Source: Candidatus Amesbacteria bacterium GW2011_GWC2_45_19 (GTDB lineage Bacteria; Patescibacteriota; Microgenomatia; CAZETR01; Amesbacteraceae). Taken from it: a stretch of 61,706 nucleotides of DNA. Each line of letters starts with the position of its first letter. The first letter of the stretch is position 1. Positions 18,524-26,648 of the stretch are shown here, in pieces. The stretch lies in NCBI GenBank assembly GCA_001001555.1, contig LCKS01000001.1:18360-80065 (forward strand), written 5' to 3'. The position numbers and the translations under genes are program-made. The notes under the pieces were generated by a model that worked only from the letters and a program-made list of their open reading frames with translations, was not told the origin of the DNA and did not search any database.

Positions 18524-18548
18524 TCTCCACAAGACAATTTACATTTTT

Positions 18549-18562
18549 AATGCGGTCGCATT
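18549..18562. repeat. AATGCGGTCGCATT dyad, copy 1 of 3
   Basis: The same 14-mer (one central-position variant) recurs at 46946-46959 and 47572-47585. Each copy lies just after a plus-strand stop codon and is flanked by A/T runs. Confidence 0.6.
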
Positions 18563-18657
18563 ATTTTTGTAAAATCCCTGTGAACGTTTTTGAACAAATT
18601 CGAACGTATTTCAAAGAATCGTGTTAGCTCGCCTCGCTCCGCTCGGCTCGCAATGTT

Positions 18658-18695
18658 GCGCGGCGCCCCCACCCGCCGCGCTTCCGTTATTTTTT
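18658..18695 (+). terminator. GC-rich hairpin plus T-run, candidate lon terminator
   Basis: GCGCGGCG-cccccacc-CGCCGCGC (8-bp stem, 18658-18681) followed by ttccgTTATTTTTT. Confidence 0.5.
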
Positions 18696-18729
18696 GCGCG
18701 CGCGATTTTATGCTTGTTTCGCAAACAAT

Positions 18730-19131
18730 TTACCTAAGCAATCTAGTGTCAATAGGAGCTTCTTTTTTACCACGGTATTGTTCAGAGAGTTTGCGGGCCA
18801 TAGCTGAAATATCTTGCGGAGAAAAACCAGTCGCTTTTGAAAAAAGAGCTTCTGCCTTAAGAATTGCTTTACCAGCTTTTTTTATAGTTCCAGATCGATT
18901 GCCGGGTAAGTTAAAAATACGCATCTGTTCACGCCAGGCAACATAATAATGTCCAGCTTGTCCGTCACCCAAGCCGAAAAAAGTTTCATTAACAGTTACA
19001 TGTGATATTCCTGTGTCTGTGTCGCCAAATGCAGTAAACCACTCCATTGGTGGTTCACGTCTGAAGTCTCCAAGTTCTACTAACCCCATATTATTGCAGT
19101 ATATCATAATACACGAAAATCGAAAAAGCAA
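18730..19131 (-). CDS. orphan hypothetical protein (start uncertain; MGLVELG at 19089 is possible)
   Basis: 133-aa ORF in an A+T-rich gap between lon and tRNA-Glu. I recognise no motif. Confidence 0.3.
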   Translation of the reverse strand: MLFRFSCIMIYCNNMGLVELGDFRREPPMEWFTAFGDTDTGISHVTVNETFFGLGDGQAGHYYVAWREQMRIFNLPGNRSGTIKKAGKAILKAEALFSKATGFSPQDISAMARKLSEQYRGKKEAPIDTRLLR

Positions 19132-19195
19132 ATCTTAAATAACACTTGTTTTTATACTTTGTTTTTTGGTATATTGTAAATGGAACCAACCTGTG

Positions 19196-19269
19196 AGAAT
19201 TGTCTTTTTTAATGGCGCAATCGGACAATAGGAAGACAATTCTTGTTGATTCCACCGGGTTGCGCCATT
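19196..19269. other. interleaved inverted repeats (pseudoknot-type order A-B-A'-B'), candidate structured RNA
   Basis: A agaattgtctt (19196-19206) pairs with A' aagacaattct (19233-19243). B aatggcgcaa (19211-19220) pairs with B' ttgcgccatt (19260-19269). An extended -10-like TGGTATATT sits at 19167-19175. Confidence 0.3.
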
Positions 19270-19355
19270 TAAGTTATAAAAGTTCTTTAAAATTTTTGCG
19301 TTTTTCTTCATTCTTTTTATACGGCGACTCTCAGCGAATTTGAATTATGCCTTTG

Positions 19356-19391
19356 CAGCGCTGTCTGCGGAGGGGGGCGCAGCCAGCGCTG
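19356..19391. other. 13-bp GC-rich hairpin next to the tRNA-Glu 3' end
   Basis: CAGCGCTG-t-CTGCG / loop gagggggg / CGCAG-c-CAGCGCTG. No adjoining T-run on either strand. Confidence 0.5.
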
Positions 19392-19421
19392 AACCCAATC
19401 CGCTTTCGATTTCCAAAATAG

Positions 19422-19494
19422 TGACTCCACCCGGATTTGAACCGGGGTTACCAGGATGAGAACCTGGTGTCCTAGGCCTCTAGACGATGGAGCC
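19422..19494 (-). tRNA. tRNA-Glu (anticodon CUC), CCA not encoded
   Basis: The reverse complement GGCTCCATCGTCTAGAGGCCTAGGACACCAGGTTCTCATCCTGGTAACCCCGGTTCAAATCCGGGTGGAGTCA folds as a cloverleaf. It has a 7-bp acceptor stem, a GTCT/GGAC D-stem, a CCAGG/CCTGG anticodon stem with loop TTCTCAT, a 4-nt variable loop and a CCCGG/CCGGG T-stem with TTCAAAT. Confidence 0.9.
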
Positions 19495-19508
19495 GGACGA
19501 CGGGGCCA

Positions 19509-19537
19509 TTGACAAGTAATTTATACCAAGGTATTAT
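19509..19537 (+). promoter_or_regulatory. near-consensus sigma70 promoter for greA
   Basis: TTGACA (19509-19514), 17 nt, TATTAT (19532-19537). Confidence 0.65.
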
Positions 19538-19567
19538 ACCGCAGTACCAGCAATTTACACCCCAGTT

Positions 19568-19594
19568 GCCGAGCCAAAACTCGGTTCTTTTTTT
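19568..19594 (+). terminator. terminator-like hairpin plus U-run inside the greA leader
   Basis: GCCGAG-ccaaaa-CTCGGT followed by TCTTTTTTT, ending 7 nt before the greA ATG. Confidence 0.35.
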
Positions 19595-19601
19595 CAAAAA
19601 C

Positions 19602-20060
19602 ATGAATAGCAAAATGCTCATTACCCAAGCCGGTCTGGATCAGCTCAAAGCCGAACTGAATCAGCTTGCAACCACCCGCCGGCCGGCCTTGGTCGAGCGG
19701 CTGACTCTAGCCCGGTCTATGGGAGATTTGTCGGAGAATTCAGATTATCAATCAGCTCATGAGGACCTGACCTTTGTGGATGGGCGCATGGCCGAGCTGG
19801 AAGACCTGATTAAATCCGCCCAAATCGCCAAACCAGCGAGCAACGACGCTATAGATATTGGCCACTCCGTTACTGTCAAGATCAATTCTCGCAACGCCAC
19901 CTTTCACATCGTCGGTGAATGGGAAGCCGATCCCAAACAGGCTAAAATCTCCCATTCTTCTCCATTAGGCCTGGCCCTGATGGGCAAAAAGGTTGGGGAT
20001 AAAGTGGAAGTGGCCGCCCCGGCTGGTAAGTTGGTTTACAGCATCGTTGCCATCAGTTAA
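19602..20060 (+). CDS. greA: transcription elongation factor GreA
   Basis: Start moved to MNSKMLITQAGLDQLKAEL. Coiled-coil N-domain with the RSMGDLSENSDY acidic tip, and a C-terminal FKBP-like domain. Confidence 0.9.
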   Translation: MNSKMLITQAGLDQLKAELNQLATTRRPALVERLTLARSMGDLSENSDYQSAHEDLTFVDGRMAELEDLIKSAQIAKPASNDAIDIGHSVTVKINSRNATFHIVGEWEADPKQAKISHSSPLGLALMGKKVGDKVEVAAPAGKLVYSIVAIS

Positions 20061-20069
20061 ACTTGGGGC

Positions 20070-21524
20070 ATGAGCAATTCCCGTCTGGAAGAAATCCACA
20101 GAATCCGGCTGGATAAACTGGCTAAATTACGCGATCGGGGTATCGATCCATATCCTCCCAAATCCTCGTTTTCTTTAATCTCTATTGCCGCAGTTCGCGA
20201 TGCCCAAGGGAAAACTCTGGCCGTAGCTGGCCGCATCTGGCGCTGGCGGGAACATGGCAATGTTATCTTTGCCGATTTGCGCGATTCTTCAGGTCAAATC
20301 CAGCTGCTTTTTCAGAAGAGGAATCTAGAAAAAAATTTTGATCTCTTAAAACTGTTCGACGTAGGTGATTTTCTGGCGGTTCAGGGTGAAGTCATCAAAA
20401 CTTCGGCCGGCGAAATCACGGTTGATGTAGCCAAATTCGAGCTCCTCTCCAAATCTCTCCGCCCTCTTCCCGACGACTGGCACGGTCTTAAAAATGTCGA
20501 GGAACGCTATCGTAAAAGATACCTGGATCTGCTCCTCAACCCGGATACCCGGCATAGATTTAACGTGCGCACCGTCGTTTTCAAAGAAACCAGGCACTAT
20601 TTAGACAAACTGGGGTTTAAGGAAGTGGAAACTCCCGTTTTTCACCCCCTTTACGGCGGCGCCAATGCCCGGCCTTTCACTACCCACATGCAAGCCCTGG
20701 ACACCGATTTTTATTTGCGCATCGCTTTTGAACTGTATCTCAAACGCCTGGTAGCCGGCGGCTATGATAAGGTTTACGAAATAGGACGGGATTTTCGCAA
20801 CGAAGGCATTGACCACTCCCACAATCCGGAATTTACCATGATCGAATGGTACGAAGCCTATGCTGATTATCACCGGGTCATGGATGTCACCGAAGGCCTG
20901 TTTAAGCATTTAGCCGCAAAAATCTTTGATAAGACCCAAATTCAAGTCGGGGATAAAACAGTCGAAATCGGCCACGCCTGGCCTCGCATCGCCATGTCCG
21001 ATCTTCTAGCCCAAAAACTAGATTTAGACGTCGAGAAACTCGACGCCCAAGCCTTAACCGAATTTTGCCGGACGCATAAATTAGAACTGGTGTGGGGAGA
21101 AACCAAAGGCCAGTTAATCTTTGAAATATTTGACAAACTCATCTCCAAAGATTTGATCGAGCCTACTTGGGTCATTGACTATCCGGCCGATGTCAGCCCA
21201 TTATCCAAACCTCACCGCACTAAGTCCGGCTGGACAGAGAGATTCGAAGGCTACATCGGCGGCCGGGAAATCTGCGACGGCTGGTCCGAGCTGACTGATC
21301 CTCAAGTTCAACGCCAGCGCTTTGAAATTGACACCAAAATTGCCCGCAAAGACAAATCGGAGGCCCAGCAAGTGGACGAAGATTTTCTGGAAGCCATGGA
21401 ATATGGTATGCCTCCCATGGGCGGCATCGGCATCGGCATGGATCGGTTGGTCATGTTTTTCACCAATACCTGGAGCCTAAAAGAAGTTATTCTCTTCCCC
21501 ACATTAAGACCAGAAAACAAGTGA
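20070..21524 (+). CDS. lysS: lysine--tRNA ligase, class II
   Basis: 484 aa. OB anticodon-binding domain plus class II motifs (FRNEG, GMPPMGGIGIGMDRL). Confidence 0.95.
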   Translation: MSNSRLEEIHRIRLDKLAKLRDRGIDPYPPKSSFSLISIAAVRDAQGKTLAVAGRIWRWREHGNVIFADLRDSSGQIQLLFQKRNLEKNFDLLKLFDVGDFLAVQGEVIKTSAGEITVDVAKFELLSKSLRPLPDDWHGLKNVEERYRKRYLDLLLNPDTRHRFNVRTVVFKETRHYLDKLGFKEVETPVFHPLYGGANARPFTTHMQALDTDFYLRIAFELYLKRLVAGGYDKVYEIGRDFRNEGIDHSHNPEFTMIEWYEAYADYHRVMDVTEGLFKHLAAKIFDKTQIQVGDKTVEIGHAWPRIAMSDLLAQKLDLDVEKLDAQALTEFCRTHKLELVWGETKGQLIFEIFDKLISKDLIEPTWVIDYPADVSPLSKPHRTKSGWTERFEGYIGGREICDGWSELTDPQVQRQRFEIDTKIARKDKSEAQQVDEDFLEAMEYGMPPMGGIGIGMDRLVMFFTNTWSLKEVILFPTLRPENK

Positions 21525-22072
21525 ACACTCAGCCTTATAAAAAACTTTTTACATATTGGTACTCCTTAATAATCTACGACCTGGAGATTGAGTTTACTAA
21601 AAAATATATTTCCAGCTGGAAATTGCATGAACAAATGGATGGCGCCGCCCGTTCGGGAAAGCAAAATATAGTTGAGGGATCAGATTCGCTGAAAACTAGC
21701 CTGAAAACCGGAATAAAGCTCACAAACGTAGCCAAAGCTTCGATAGAGGAGCTGATAGGAGACCTAGAAGACTTTTTGCGGCAAAGAAAGCTTCAGATGT
21801 GGGATAAGAACGACCCCCGGGTCCTAATTATTAGAGAAAAATACTCAACAATCGTAAGTAACTTAAGTAACTTAGGAAATATCGAAAATGAAAAATGGGA
21901 ACTTCCCGATGATCCAGAAGAAGCCGCTAATTTACTCTTGACCCTAAGTCACATTGCTACATATCTTTTAAACAATCAAGTCGATGCACTGGAAAGAAAA
22001 CATATTACTGAGGGTGGTTATACAGAGAAACTCTATGAACAAAGACAGAATTATCGTAATTTACATAAGTAA
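21521..22072 (+). CDS. four-helix-bundle protein (23S rRNA IVS-protein family) with a C-terminal extension
   Basis: 183 aa. QMDGAARSGKQNIVEGS core motif of the family. Confidence 0.5.
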   Translation: MNTQPYKKLFTYWYSLIIYDLEIEFTKKYISSWKLHEQMDGAARSGKQNIVEGSDSLKTSLKTGIKLTNVAKASIEELIGDLEDFLRQRKLQMWDKNDPRVLIIREKYSTIVSNLSNLGNIENEKWELPDDPEEAANLLLTLSHIATYLLNNQVDALERKHITEGGYTEKLYEQRQNYRNLHK

Positions 22073-22084
22073 CTTAAGTATCTT

Positions 22085-22611
22085 ATGAACTTAAATCGTG
22101 ACCAGGCTTGGAAGCTTCTCACTGAGAAAATGCAGAACCAGAATCTGCGCCGGCACTGCTTGGAGGAGATGAAGAGAAATGGGGCATAGTCGGCCTGCTC
22201 CACGACGGCGATTATGAGTTTACTAAGGAAGACCCTGGAAATCACGCCAAACTTATGGCCAATTGGGTGCGGCAACTGGGCGAAACGGACGCCGAATTAT
22301 TAGAGGGTATCGAGTCCCACGGCTGGTTTCATCAGGGAAAACAGGCCCAAACCCAAATGCAGTGGGCGCTATATTGCTGTGATGAACTCACCGGCCTAAT
22401 CGTTGCTAGCGCCCTCGTTCTTCCCTCCAAACACCTATCCGACCTATCCGTCCAATCTGTCCTAAAGAAATTTCCCCAGAAATCCTTCGCCGCCGGGGTC
22501 AAGCGCGAAGACATCCAGATGTGTGAAGAAAAGTTAGGTATAAATCTGAAAGATTTTGTGGGTATCGCCCTCTCTGCCATGCAGCAAATTGCTTCTGAAG
22601 TTGGACTATAA
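22085..22611 (+). pseudogene. HD-domain phosphohydrolase gene with an internal deletion plus frameshift
   Basis: The ATG at 22085 reads MNLNRDQAWKLLTEKMQNQNLRRHCLEEMKRNGA* (stop 22187-22189). The other frame, open from 22126, continues ..GGDEEKWGIVGLLHDGDYEFTKEDPGNHAKLMANWV.. to 22611. About 13 residues between the first His and the HD dyad are missing. Confidence 0.55.
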
Positions 22612-22619
22612 TCAAGCTC

Positions 22620-23237
22620 ATGGATACAGAATTTGAAGCGAAGTTTTATCCCGTAGATAAAGAAAAGTACCGACAGAAATTGAAACTTATCGGAGCTCAC
22701 TTAGTCATTCCCGAAAGAAAAATGCGCCGGTCACTAATCGATCGCAGGTTTCACCCAGAATTTAAATGCGACTATATCAGAGTCAGAGACGAAGGAAACA
22801 GTATTAGATTAAGCGCCAAAATACACGCCCAAGTGAAAGGCAAAATGAGTGACCAAAAAGAAGTCGATGTTCAAGTTAGTGATTACGACAAAACCCTTGA
22901 GATTTTTAAAGCCATGGGGTACCAGCCCGAACTATATCAGGAAAGTCTACGCGAAACCTGGGAGTATGGGAACGCAGAGATTGTTATCGATATTCGACCT
23001 GGATTAGATCCGTATTCGGAAATCGAAGCCCAATCCGAAGAAGAGGTTAAAGACATCGCCCAAAAACTTGGGCTTGATTGGAACAAAAAAATTATTACTA
23101 CAGTGGTTGAAATATATGCCGAAGTTTATCGCTTGAGTATAAGTAAAACTCTCAAAATGCTTTCAAACATCACTTTTGAAAACAACCCATTCGAAAAATT
23201 GACAAAACATTCTATAACCAACTCACAAAGTACTTAA
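22620..23237 (+). CDS. CYTH-domain protein (triphosphate tunnel metalloenzyme / class IV adenylate cyclase-like)
   Basis: 205 aa. N-terminal EFEAKF (ExExK) motif and alternating charged beta-strand pattern. Confidence 0.6.
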   Translation: MDTEFEAKFYPVDKEKYRQKLKLIGAHLVIPERKMRRSLIDRRFHPEFKCDYIRVRDEGNSIRLSAKIHAQVKGKMSDQKEVDVQVSDYDKTLEIFKAMGYQPELYQESLRETWEYGNAEIVIDIRPGLDPYSEIEAQSEEEVKDIAQKLGLDWNKKIITTVVEIYAEVYRLSISKTLKMLSNITFENNPFEKLTKHSITNSQST

Positions 23238-23335
23238 TTTTGTCCAAATCGCTCTCTCCGTCATGCGATCTGTTACACTCGAAATCGGGCTTTAGGACAT
23301 GACACAACCGACCATACTCGCATATTTACATTTCT

Positions 23336-23351
23336 GTACGCTATAGCGTAC
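23336..23351. repeat. perfect 16-nt palindrome GTACGCTATAGCGTAC within a 38-nt imperfect dyad
   Basis: TTTACAtttctGTACGCTATAGCGTACatttgTGTAAA (23325-23362), inside the 366-nt non-coding gap upstream of serS. Confidence 0.6.
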
Positions 23352-23603
23352 ATTTGTGTAAAAACTTGTTTTGCTACACAAATAAGCTTATGACAATATC
23401 TTCTGCAACGTGAGAACACCTGTGATATACTATTGACATCTCTATGGACGACACTTATTGAAACGTAAAAGGCGCTTGAGGAGTAATTCCATACTCCGAT
23501 GCTGATCAGGGTAGCAACTGGTCCGGGTGGTTTTCGTAAAAAACCTAAATCGAGCACTTAACTTCAGCTGGCACCTCTCAGGGCGGAAGTATACAATAAT
23601 CAT

Positions 23604-24842
23604 ATGTTAGATATTAAACTCATTCGCGAGCAGCCTGACTTGGTGCGCCAGGGAATACTGGACAAGGGTTACGACCCGGTAGTTTTAGACGAGGTCATTA
23701 AATTAGACAAACAACATAGACAGATGTTGGTAGAAACGGAGAATCTGCGGGCCACCAGAAACAAGCTGACCAAAGACCAAATTGGAGAGGGGAAAAAACT
23801 TAAACAACAACTCAAAGATCTGGAGCCGAAATTAAAAGACGTTGAAGAAAAGTTAATTGAGAAATTAAACCTTATTCCCAATCCGCCGTTGCTTTCGGCT
23901 CCCAAAGGTAAAAACGAGAAAGACAATGTGGAGGTGCGCACATGGGGTCAGCCCCGTAAATTCGATTTTACCCCCAAAGACCATCTGGAGCTGGGAACTT
24001 ACTTGGGAATTTTAGATTTTGCCACCGGAGCCAAAGTTTCCGGGTCCCAGTTTTACTTTTGGTACGGCGATGGGGCTCTCCTTGAGTTAGCGCTTGTCCA
24101 CTTTGCGTTCGATTTACTTAGCAAAGAAGGATTTATCCCTGTTATCACTCCCGACTTAGCTAAAGCTCGTTACTATCTGGGAACAGGTTATATGCCCAAA
24201 GGCAACGAAGCCCAGACTTACAAAATTGAAAATGAAGATCTTGGTTTGATCGCTACGGCGGAAGTAACTTTAGCCGGAAAACACGCCGACGAAGTCATTC
24301 CAGAAAACCAACTGCCTCTAAAATATATCGGATATTCCCACTGTTTCCGCCAGGAGCAGGGAGCCTATGGCAAATACTCCAAGGGCTTGTACAGAGTGCA
24401 TCAATTTACCAAAGCCGAAATGTTTGTTTATTGCCTACCCGAAGATTCGGATAAATACCACCAGCATATTCTGGCTATGGAGGAAAAAATTTATCAACAA
24501 CTGGGTTTGCCGTATCGCGTCTTAGAAATGTGCACCGGAGACCTGGGTGCTATGGCCGCCAGAAAATTTGACATTGAGGCTTGGATGCCCACCCGCGGTG
24601 AATACGGCGAAGTGACCTCTACTTCCAACTGCACTGATTATCAAGCTAGAAACCTCAACATCCGCTTCAAACGCAAAAATGGCGAAACAGATTACATTCA
24701 CATGCTTAACGGTACGGCCATTGCCACCTCCCGCACGCCCTTGGCCATTTTGGAAAACTATCAAAACCCCGACGGCTCGGTTACCATTCCCGAAGCTCTC
24801 CGCCCCTATATGGGCAAAGACAAAATAGTTCCCAAGAAGTAG
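23604..24842 (+). CDS. serS: serine--tRNA ligase
   Basis: 412 aa. N-terminal coiled-coil arm plus a class II core (HCFRQE, TSNCTDYQARNL, NGTAIATSR). Confidence 0.95.
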   Translation: MLDIKLIREQPDLVRQGILDKGYDPVVLDEVIKLDKQHRQMLVETENLRATRNKLTKDQIGEGKKLKQQLKDLEPKLKDVEEKLIEKLNLIPNPPLLSAPKGKNEKDNVEVRTWGQPRKFDFTPKDHLELGTYLGILDFATGAKVSGSQFYFWYGDGALLELALVHFAFDLLSKEGFIPVITPDLAKARYYLGTGYMPKGNEAQTYKIENEDLGLIATAEVTLAGKHADEVIPENQLPLKYIGYSHCFRQEQGAYGKYSKGLYRVHQFTKAEMFVYCLPEDSDKYHQHILAMEEKIYQQLGLPYRVLEMCTGDLGAMAARKFDIEAWMPTRGEYGEVTSTSNCTDYQARNLNIRFKRKNGETDYIHMLNGTAIATSRTPLAILENYQNPDGSVTIPEALRPYMGKDKIVPKK

Positions 24843-24851
24843 AATCAACTC

Positions 24852-26648
24852 ATGCCTTCCTCCTGGAAACGGTTTTTCTATACCTATAAACAGATTATTG
24901 CTCTGGCTTACCGGGTCAGTCCCTCTTTGCTCATTTTGGTCACGTTATTAAACTCCTTCTGGGGTCTAACCAATCTACCGGTTCTATACATTAACAAGAT
25001 ATTAATCGATGTCGTCATTTCCAGTCTGGGTAAGCCTGACTGGTTAGTTTATTTAAAGCCTCTAATTCTGCTTATCGCTTTGAGATCGGTTATTGAGCTC
25101 ATTAGATCGGTTATGTCCAGATACAGTTACCGGCTGGGAAATAATCTGACCAAGCGCATTTCCGCCAACATGGACATAGTATTGGGAGAAAAACTTAACT
25201 CCCTCGACATTTCCACTCTAGAATCCTCAGATTTTCAAGACAAGTATAAAAAAGTTGAACGGGAGGCCAACCAAAGAGTTTGGGGCATGATAGATTCTCT
25301 CTCAGAAGTACCTAACGCCTTCTTTACCATAATTTCAGCCATTATTCCCATAATCTCATTCAATCCTCTTATTGGTTTGGCGGTAGTATTGGTTCGTATT
25401 CCTGAAGCGGTTGTCAACGCTAAGCTGGCAAAAAAAGAGTATCAAGATCTGGATAAATTGAATTTCAAATATCGATTATGGGGATGGATAAACTATCACT
25501 TAACCAATTCCAAACACTATTACGAAAACAAAATATTGGGAAACACTTTGCACCTGACACATAAAATGCAAGACCTTCAGCAAGAAGTGCTCGACCAAGA
25601 CTACCGGCTAGGCATGACCAGAGCCACTCATCGAAGTTTAGCCGATATTCCCAACTTTCTCCTTTCCTCTGGCCTAAATCTATATTTCTTCATCTTGGCC
25701 ATTATGGGCAAGATAACTTTAGGCCTGGCTCAAATGCTGTACTATGCGTCGGCCACTTTGGGCGCCGGTTTTGGCCAGCTCTTTAACAATGTCTCCACGG
25801 TTTATGAAAATTATTTGTTCGTTTCAGACTTCACCTGGTTTTTAGGCCTCAAACCGGCAAATCCATCAGGTCACCTGACTCCAGACAAAAAGTATAAAGA
25901 GGGAATCGAATTTCAGAATGTATGGTTTAAATATCCCAACTCCCCCGATTGGACACTTAAGGGGCTTAGTCTCACCATCAATCCCCAAGAAAACATTGCC
26001 CTAGTGGGTGAAAACGGGGCCGGTAAAACCACCACCATTAAACTCTTGTGCGGTTTTTACCCTCCCAGCAAAGGAAAGATTTTGGTAAATGGTCACGAAA
26101 TTTCCAAATACTCCGCCGACAAATACACTCAAACCTTGGGAGTACTTTTCCAGGACTTTAGTGAATATCCTTTTACCGCCCGTGAAAGTATTGGCTATGG
26201 AAACATTGCCCACCTCGATAATCTAAAAGGCATAAAACAAGCCGCAAAACAAACCGACGTCCACGATTTTATAGAAAACCTGCCGCTTAAGTACAACAAT
26301 CCTCTGACTAAGGAGTTTGACAAAGGCATAGAGCCTTCCAAAGGCCAATGGCAGCGCATTGCCTTGGCCCGAACCTTGTTTCGAAAATCCCAAGTGGTTA
26401 TCCTTGACGAACCCACCAGCAATGTAGATCCCAAAGCCGAAGAGGAGATTTTTGACAAGATCATCAAACTTACTCAAAAGCAGATTTTGATGTTAATTTC
26501 TCATCGTTTCAGTACCGTCCGCCGGGCGGACAGAATTCTGCTTCTCGAAGGCGGGAAAATCACCGAACAGGGAACCCATGACCAGTTAATGAAACTAGAT
26601 CAAAAATATGCTCGGCTTTTCCACCTTCAGGCCAAAAGTTATCAGTAA
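24852..26648 (+). CDS. ABC exporter, fused permease/ATPase (MsbA-like type)
   Basis: 598 aa. Six-TM N-domain, Walker A GENGAGKTT, signature-like SKGQWQR, Walker B VILDEPTS. Confidence 0.85.
   Translation: MPSSWKRFFYTYKQIIALAYRVSPSLLILVTLLNSFWGLTNLPVLYINKILIDVVISSLGKPDWLVYLKPLILLIALRSVIELIRSVMSRYSYRLGNNLTKRISANMDIVLGEKLNSLDISTLESSDFQDKYKKVEREANQRVWGMIDSLSEVPNAFFTIISAIIPIISFNPLIGLAVVLVRIPEAVVNAKLAKKEYQDLDKLNFKYRLWGWINYHLTNSKHYYENKILGNTLHLTHKMQDLQQEVLDQDYRLGMTRATHRSLADIPNFLLSSGLNLYFFILAIMGKITLGLAQMLYYASATLGAGFGQLFNNVSTVYENYLFVSDFTWFLGLKPANPSGHLTPDKKYKEGIEFQNVWFKYPNSPDWTLKGLSLTINPQENIALVGENGAGKTTTIKLLCGFYPPSKGKILVNGHEISKYSADKYTQTLGVLFQDFSEYPFTARESIGYGNIAHLDNLKGIKQAAKQTDVHDFIENLPLKYNNPLTKEFDKGIEPSKGQWQRIALARTLFRKSQVVILDEPTSNVDPKAEEEIFDKIIKLTQKQILMLISHRFSTVRRADRILLLEGGKITEQGTHDQLMKLDQKYARLFHLQAKSYQ

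Noticed and set aside
18590-18946. 118-aa plus-strand ORF in the lon/tRNA gap.
   Set aside because: It spans the GC-rich terminator-like hairpin, overlaps the minus-strand orphan ORF, has an Arg/Ala/Ser-rich nonsense-like N-terminus and has no RBS.
23273-23557. 94-aa minus-strand ORF in the serS upstream gap.
   Set aside because: No motif and no RBS. It is built across palindromes and promoter-like sequences, so the region is more plausibly non-coding.
23440-23603. Possible T-box riboswitch controlling serS (GGTCCGGGTGGTTTTCG resembles the T-box GGGTGGTACCGCG core).
   Set aside because: The leader downstream of the promoter-like element is too short. I could not find a specifier loop with a Ser codon, a GA/K-turn motif or a convincing terminator/antiterminator pair. 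The UGGU bulge would also match an A73 discriminator, not the G73 usual for tRNA-Ser.
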